Shown: positions 58,833-64,000 of the stretch, piece by piece
Layout of the letters: each line of letters starts with the position of its first letter
How positions within the stretch are numbered: the first letter of the stretch is position 1
Assembly: GCA_964610875.1 (NCBI GenBank)
Contig: CAZSWP010000013.1
Location: 1-64,000 of the forward strand
Direction: 5' to 3'
Origin: an uncultured archaeon
GTDB taxonomy: Archaea; Asgardarchaeota; Thorarchaeia; Thorarchaeales; Thorarchaeaceae
Length of the DNA stretch: 64,000 bases
Program-made: the position numbers and the translations under genes
The notes under the pieces: generated by a model
What the model saw: only the letters and a program-made list of their open reading frames with translations
What the model was told of the DNA's origin: nothing
The model's database searches: none

Positions 58833-59658
58833 TCTTAGCACCTCCAAGTATCTCAACGATAGCGTCTTCAAGCTCGGATAACAATGTCAGGTTCTTTGAT
58901 AATTGTGGGAACACTTGGTGTAAAGCTCTTGCAGCCTGAGAGAGTTCGGGCTCAGTCAAGGAACAACGTTCTATTACATCCTCATTTGTGAGTACTGATG
59001 ATGTGTTCCCATCCGCTACTAGTTTCCCATCGGACATAGCAATTGTTCGAGGAAAGTATTCAATCACAAATTCGATGTCATGCGTTATGCAAATGACTGT
59101 ACAACCACTAGCATTTAGTTCCATCAAGAGCTCAGCCAGTGCTCTCTTCTGGCGTGCATCTTGACCAATTGTGGGTTCATCAAGGGCCAATATCCTAGGT
59201 TCTGAAGCTAATACAGAAGCCAAGGCAACTCGTTTTCGTTCGCCACCAGATAATGAGAATGGAGATCTTTCCGCTAAGTCACAAAGCCCTAAACGACCAA
59301 GAGTTCGTTCACATCTTATATTTGCCTCTTCCTCTGTGAATCTCATGTTTTTTAATCCAAAAGTGACTTCTTTCCGGACTGTATCGAGAAAGAGTTGATG
59401 ATCCGGATTCTGCCAGACCAGACCTACATTTCTAGCAATCTCAGCAACCGACATCTTTCTAGTATTCTTGCCATCTAAAAATACATGACCACGCTGTGGG
59501 CGTATGAGACCATTCATGTGCTTGACCAAGGTTGTTTTACCAGCACCATTTGATCCAACGATTGCTACACTTTCGCCATCATCAATTTCGAGAGAAACAC
59601 CATTCAATGCAGTATAGACACCATCGTAGGCATAGTACACATTATCCAGAAGTATCAT
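58819..59658 (-). CDS. ecfA2: ECF transporter ATPase
   Basis: GSNGAGKTT, QNPDHQL, LSGGE, DEPT. Confidence 0.9.
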   Translation of the reverse strand: MILLDNVYYAYDGVYTALNGVSLEIDDGESVAIVGSNGAGKTTLVKHMNGLIRPQRGHVFLDGKNTRKMSVAEIARNVGLVWQNPDHQLFLDTVRKEVTFGLKNMRFTEEEANIRCERTLGRLGLCDLAERSPFSLSGGERKRVALASVLASEPRILALDEPTIGQDARQKRALAELLMELNASGCTVICITHDIEFVIEYFPRTIAMSDGKLVADGNTSSVLTNEDVIERCSLTEPELSQAARALHQVFPQLSKNLTLLSELEDAIVEILGGAKSVIS

Positions 59659-60497
59659 TGTGTACAAACTCCTTTTACTGCGATTGCCAGTTCCTCTCCG
59701 GTTAGAGGGACTGTTTTCAAATCTAGTCCTTTTTCAAGTAACCTCTTGTAAATTTGTGTTGCTTTGGGAATACCAACTCCAATATCCTGACACATATCCA
59801 TTGAGAGAACTTCCCTGGGTGGGCCATCAGCAACAATCTTTCCCTTATCCATTAATATAACACGGGATGCGTCTCTGGCCACCAAATCAAGTCGATGTTC
59901 CACAACGACGATAGTCATCCCTTGTTTGTTCAATTGCGTCAGAATGCTTAGAATGGTTTCAGCGCTCTTAGGATCAAGATTTGAGGTAGGTTCATCAGCA
60001 ACAAGAATCTTTGGTTGCATAGCTAAAGTGGCAGCAATTGCCAATCTCTGTTGTTCCCCACCACTCATCTCATGAGGGTGTTTTTCCTTCAAATGTTCCA
60101 GGTCTAAAGCATCGATGAGAAAATCAATACGTTTGATAATCTCCTCAGGAGCTACACCTAGATTTTCGGGACCAAAAGCGAGCTCTTTCATTACATTAAG
60201 AGTAACCAATTGATTTGAAGGATTCTGAAAGACAAGGCCTACGACTCTTGCCAGCTCAGCAACTTTATTCTCACGAGTATCTTTGTCATCAACAAAGACA
60301 TGACCTGCAATATATCCTCTATGAAACTGCGGTACAAGCCCGTTTAGTGTCCTACATAGAGTGGTCTTGCCACAACCAGACGGTCCTGTGATGACTATGA
60401 ATTCACCTTCTTCTATTGTGAGATTGACTCGCTTAAGAGCAAGAGAGTCAGCTCCAAGGTATTTGAAGCTGAAATTTTCAATTCTCACAATTGGCAG
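59655..60497 (-). CDS. ecfA1: ECF transporter ATPase (probable CTG start)
   Basis: GPSGCGKTT, FQNP, MSGGEQQR, DEPT. Confidence 0.9.
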   Translation of the reverse strand: MPIVRIENFSFKYLGADSLALKRVNLTIEEGEFIVITGPSGCGKTTLCRTLNGLVPQFHRGYIAGHVFVDDKDTRENKVAELARVVGLVFQNPSNQLVTLNVMKELAFGPENLGVAPEEIIKRIDFLIDALDLEHLKEKHPHEMSGGEQQRLAIAATLAMQPKILVADEPTSNLDPKSAETILSILTQLNKQGMTIVVVEHRLDLVARDASRVILMDKGKIVADGPPREVLSMDMCQDIGVGIPKATQIYKRLLEKGLDLKTVPLTGEELAIAVKGVCTQ

Positions 60498-60506
60498 ATA
60501 ATCACC

Positions 60507-61517
60507 TCATTGTCCAGTATCTTCCAAATTAGGAGACTCGCTATTACTTAGCAATGTGCGTATAAGTGCAATAGCTTCTTTCAGAGCCTTTTTTCGTTTC
60601 ATCGTTCCATTTGCTCCAGCAGCATTCGCATGCCCACCTCCAACGCCACCAATCAATTCACCCAAAGGTTCCATTATGTCGAGGCCCAGATTAATTTCGG
60701 TCTTTTGATGAAACTCCCGTGTACTACGTGCACTCAAACGTACTTTGTTTTTTGCAGGTTTGCCGCCTACGATAGCCACATCAGCCCCTAGTTCGATTAG
60801 ACCCCTGCAAGCACTTGCTTCAAATGCACCAATTCTAGCTGTTGCTATTACCCATTCATTGATAGTATGAACCTTTGATCTAGATGCAGCTTTCAGTCTG
60901 GCAATTCGCTCAGACCGGTCTTGTCTGATGATTAGAGCATTGAGACATGCCTCATAGTCAGCTCCTGATTCCATTAGGAGTGTTGCTGTTGATAGTGTGT
61001 CTTTGTCTGCGTAGTAGAATCTACGAGTATCAAATAGTATCCCACAGAGAAGAAGATTAGCAACCATAGGGGATGTGCTAATGTCATTTTCTTTGAATAA
61101 GTCCACAAGCATTTCACATGTTGAGAAGCGGTCACTTCGTATGATTCTATGGTCAGCAATTTTCACTGATTCTGGGTTTTCTTCGTGATGGTCAATTATC
61201 AGAACCTTGCTTTTGTCATGGAGTAGGTCAGAAAAATCATCTCCAAGTTGAACTTGAGAATTAGTGTCTAATACCACATAGAAATCAAATTCTTCTTCAA
61301 TATTTTCATGAATTATTGTATTAGGAGCAAGTGCATCCAAGACTTTCATAGATAAACGACTGACATCATCACATGCAAGGACAGTATTTCCATCAGGATT
61401 CAACTTGTAATATAGTTCAGCAAAAGCCCGCATTGAGCAGACAGCATCAGGATCTGCGTTATGATGGCCCAATATCAGTATGTTCTTTACATCTGAAAGA
61501 AGGGCCTTCAAATTCAA
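60507..61517 (-). CDS. DHH/DHHA1 phosphoesterase
   Basis: HHNADPDA, IIDHH, GGGHANAAG. Confidence 0.92.
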   Translation of the reverse strand: MNLKALLSDVKNILILGHHNADPDAVCSMRAFAELYYKLNPDGNTVLACDDVSRLSMKVLDALAPNTIIHENIEEEFDFYVVLDTNSQVQLGDDFSDLLHDKSKVLIIDHHEENPESVKIADHRIIRSDRFSTCEMLVDLFKENDISTSPMVANLLLCGILFDTRRFYYADKDTLSTATLLMESGADYEACLNALIIRQDRSERIARLKAASRSKVHTINEWVIATARIGAFEASACRGLIELGADVAIVGGKPAKNKVRLSARSTREFHQKTEINLGLDIMEPLGELIGGVGGGHANAAGANGTMKRKKALKEAIALIRTLLSNSESPNLEDTGQ

Positions 61518-61822
61518 TCAGATTTCATCTCCGCTAACTTGTCTTCTAACCAAGCTGAACAATATTCTACAGCATCCTCAGTAATTTGCTCCAAATCGTG
61601 TTCGGTTTCATATTTTTGGATGACTTCCACATCAATGGACACTTCTAACACTTTATCAAATTCCAAGGTACAGACCACAGATAACTCCTCAATACTCTTG
61701 ACTGGAAGGGTTTTCAGGATGTACTCTGTAACTTGTTCCTCACATGCTTCTGCAAGATTTTCAATATCTTCCTCAGACAGGTGGGGAAGACCAATATCCA
61801 TCGGAGAGGTCATGTCCTTCAC
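61514..61822 (-). CDS. DUF3194-like protein
   Basis: IGLPHLSEEDIE; conserved position after prefoldin beta. Confidence 0.7.
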   Translation of the reverse strand: MKDMTSPMDIGLPHLSEEDIENLAEACEEQVTEYILKTLPVKSIEELSVVCTLEFDKVLEVSIDVEVIQKYETEHDLEQITEDAVEYCSAWLEDKLAEMKSD

Positions 61823-62181
61823 GAGAGCCGAAGGTTATGTTTGCTAAGTTCGACTTGCAGTTTATTTTGAAGTTCTTGTAGTTTTTCTGTCAATGTTTCT
61901 ATCTGTTTCTTGGTTGAAGCAAGACGCATTTCCAGAGTCTTTTTGCGATCTTCGAGTTCATCGGTAAGAGCTGGTTTTTCCACACGGAACATTACTTGAC
62001 CTACAGATTTGTATGTCACAACATCATCAGGTTGTTTAGTTAGTTCTTCGAGGGTGGCTTTAATCTCGCTAAGGTCTTGTTGTATCGTTTGATTCATCAT
62101 TTGTAGCGTTTCATGATTTCTTCGCATTGTGTCAAATTTTTGTAGTTCCTGCTCCAATGCCGGAGGTATTGATTGAGCCAT
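61819..62181 (-). CDS. pfdB: Prefoldin beta subunit
   Basis: Coiled coils around YKSVGQVM. Confidence 0.93.
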   Translation of the reverse strand: MAQSIPPALEQELQKFDTMRRNHETLQMMNQTIQQDLSEIKATLEELTKQPDDVVTYKSVGQVMFRVEKPALTDELEDRKKTLEMRLASTKKQIETLTEKLQELQNKLQVELSKHNLRLS

Positions 62182-62317
62182 ATTAATATTCACCACAGTA
62201 TTCGATAAGGTGTATTCAGAGTCCGCCGCTTCAGATGTGACTTAAGACTTTTGGCTTGGATGAAAAAGATAATCAGATTATTACATCTTAAGACAAGATT
62301 TGAAAAATCATGTTGGA

Positions 62318-62596
62318 CTAAAGAAACTTACTTGGTTGTATCGAGTCTACAGCTCTTTTACTTCCTGATATCCAAGAGAGAAAAGAATTTGCCGCTGCAC
62401 GAAGCGCAGTCAAATCGTCTGCTTGTATCTCAAGTATCAAGATGTTTTCTTTTGTATGGACTTGTGTGATTGCTCTATCAGAGGGTACATCGAGAGTTTC
62501 AGGTCTTAATGCACGACAGAGAATTTCAGCCATCTCTGAAGATTCAATCTCAATCGCTATTTGTGCAGTCCCTCTTATGTTCTGAACTTCATTCAT
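62318..62596 (-). CDS. pcc1: KEOPS subunit Pcc1
   Basis: ALRPE, IQADDLTALRAAANSFLSW. Confidence 0.9.
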   Translation of the reverse strand: MNEVQNIRGTAQIAIEIESSEMAEILCRALRPETLDVPSDRAITQVHTKENILILEIQADDLTALRAAANSFLSWISGSKRAVDSIQPSKFL

Positions 62597-62597
62597 T

Positions 62598-63149
62598 CTA
62601 TTGCCCCTTTAATTCATACATTCTCAATCTTGGACCGAATTCTCTTCCTGAGGAAATGGCATAGGTTGTCCATAGAGTTCTGCCTTTCGTTACATCTTCA
62701 AACCAATGCAGAACCTTGTCTTCAGTCTTTAGTTCTGATGGGTTTTCCAAATATTTGAGGTCAGACTCCATAATAGAAGTTATTAGTTCTGCAAGTTTCA
62801 CTGTTCCAACTGAGCTCTCTTTCTTCACTGCAAATAAGATGGAACTATTAATCCGTGACGGTGAGCCATTTTGTATCTCTCGTCGAAGCAATACACTCTC
62901 TAAGCGTATTTCACAATGTGTATTCCCGTCCTTATTGATTACCTCGATACCGCCAGGATTTCCTTGATAAAGTGATACTATAAAAGCTGCATTTGCACCT
63001 GTCTGATTTATTCTCGAAACTATCTCAGCTCTACTCAAGCTTCCTCGATTAAACCGATCCGAATCCGGGAGAATATAGTGTAAATCTTTGATGAATGTTC
63101 TAACTCGATTTGATGTCCTACGAGAAGTTGTAATTAGGACGGATGCCAA
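62598..63149 (-). CDS. Brix/Imp4-domain ribosome biogenesis protein
   Basis: LITTSRRTSNRVRTFIKDL, NRGSLS, GPRL. Confidence 0.88.
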   Translation of the reverse strand: MASVLITTSRRTSNRVRTFIKDLHYILPDSDRFNRGSLSRAEIVSRINQTGANAAFIVSLYQGNPGGIEVINKDGNTHCEIRLESVLLRREIQNGSPSRINSSILFAVKKESSVGTVKLAELITSIMESDLKYLENPSELKTEDKVLHWFEDVTKGRTLWTTYAISSGREFGPRLRMYELKGQ

Positions 63150-63166
63150 AATGCTTCGCCTAAAAT

Positions 63167-63598
63167 CTAATCTTCATCGAGTTCTTCGTCATCGAGTCCT
63201 ATCTCTTCCTCACCAAATTCCTCTGAATCGGGTACATCGATAGCTTCAATGACAGGTTCATCAACATTGGGCAAGAAGTCCAATGATTCAATGATTTCCT
63301 CGGCTTCATCCTCATCTCTAAGGGCAAGGAAATCGCCAGCTATTCTCTGGGCGATTGCACGTCTTGCAGCTTTACCTGCATCAGTGTATGGAACGTAAGC
63401 ACCACCAGCAAAGAGAATATCACATTTCTTGCATCTCCAGAGACCAGCTGCTTCTCTCTTCAAAGCTCTTGTCGCACATGCGGGGCATCTATGGGGTTCT
63501 TTTCTCCGTCTTTCAATGTCAAGCACTCTACGACGTAGCTTGGCACCATATCTAGAACCGAATCTTCCGGTGCTGCCGACTTTTTTCGTTCTTCCCAA
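63167..63598 (-). CDS. rpl37ae: 50S ribosomal protein eL43 (L37Ae) with acidic tail
   Basis: GRFGSRYGAKLRR, CPAC, WRCKKC, FAGGAY. Confidence 0.95.
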   Translation of the reverse strand: MGRTKKVGSTGRFGSRYGAKLRRRVLDIERRRKEPHRCPACATRALKREAAGLWRCKKCDILFAGGAYVPYTDAGKAARRAIAQRIAGDFLALRDEDEAEEIIESLDFLPNVDEPVIEAIDVPDSEEFGEEEIGLDDEELDED

Positions 63599-63747
63599 TT
63601 TTCTGGTCTCCTTCTTGTTGTTTTGTCACTCCAATTGTTACATTAGAAGGGTACTGCTGGAGTGTGACAGTCGCCCTGTAATTTCCTTTATTAGCGTATC
63701 TATTTGGCGAGACTGCATGGAAGGGGCAAATGTGCCCCTTACAGTGT

Positions 63748-64000
63748 CTAATTGATTTTCGCGGCTGCCTCTTTGATGAGTGCGCGAACTTCTTTTGTTC
63801 GATCAAGTGCAATACCCATTGCACGGTCGACTTCATCAAGGGTTATTGGACCGATTCCACCGCCTTTTTGCATAGCTGTCATGTTGTCTTCTTCATCAAC
63901 AGCTATAGTCAGACGAGTGTCCTGGACCATTTCTTCCTTAATGTGTGGATCAACGAGCAAATGCTTTCCAATCTTAGAAATTGTGCATTCTATCGCCATG
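63748..64000 (-). CDS. rrp42: Exosome subunit Rrp42, C-terminal part
   Basis: LLVDPHIKEE, AMQKGG; upstream of eL43. Confidence 0.85.
   Translation of the reverse strand, partial: MAIECTISKIGKHLLVDPHIKEEMVQDTRLTIAVDEEDNMTAMQKGGGIGPITLDEVDRAMGIALDRTKEVRALIKEAAAKIN

Noticed and set aside
1-64000. tRNA or rRNA genes, and EndA or RtcB genes
   Set aside because: None recognised by eye; the splicing enzymes would have to be encoded elsewhere in the genome.

Overview
This is an archaeal chromosome window of about 40% GC. It is most consistent with an Asgard archaeon (Thorarchaeia-like), because it carries a eukaryote-like lokiactin among otherwise archaeal housekeeping genes. Layout: 1-12.2 kb is secY plus the uL22-to-uL15 ribosomal protein cluster, with an Hsp20 gene inserted. 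12.5-25 kb holds mixed metabolic and hypothetical genes (hypD, mobA, tmk). 25.3-33.7 kb is an accessory island directly downstream of actin. 35-46 kb holds an HTH-CARF/RNase III pair, an HD hydrolase, a beta-propeller and t6A genes. 45-57 kb holds hutI, hutH, hutU and a photolyase. 58-64 kb holds an ECF transporter and the end of the exosome/eL43/Brix/Pcc1/prefoldin superoperon. Main discovery: two unrelated, highly conserved protein genes (actin and urocanate hydratase) are each interrupted by an exactly 30-nt, stop-containing insertion. Both insertions fold with their flanking exons into a relaxed bulge-helix-bulge (BHB) motif of identical geometry. Cutting after the second base of each 3-nt bulge, the tRNA-splicing-endonuclease rule, removes exactly 30 nt and restores the conserved motifs FQK-MW and YGQ-MTAG. 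These are candidate BHB micro-introns in Asgard mRNAs. Second discovery: three further copies of the actin 3' end plus its 3'-UTR hairpin, differing only at synonymous sites, separate the cassettes of the downstream island. This marks the actin 3' end, at and just after the intron site, as an insertion hotspot. All calls come from reading the sequence by eye; no searches or folding programs were run.
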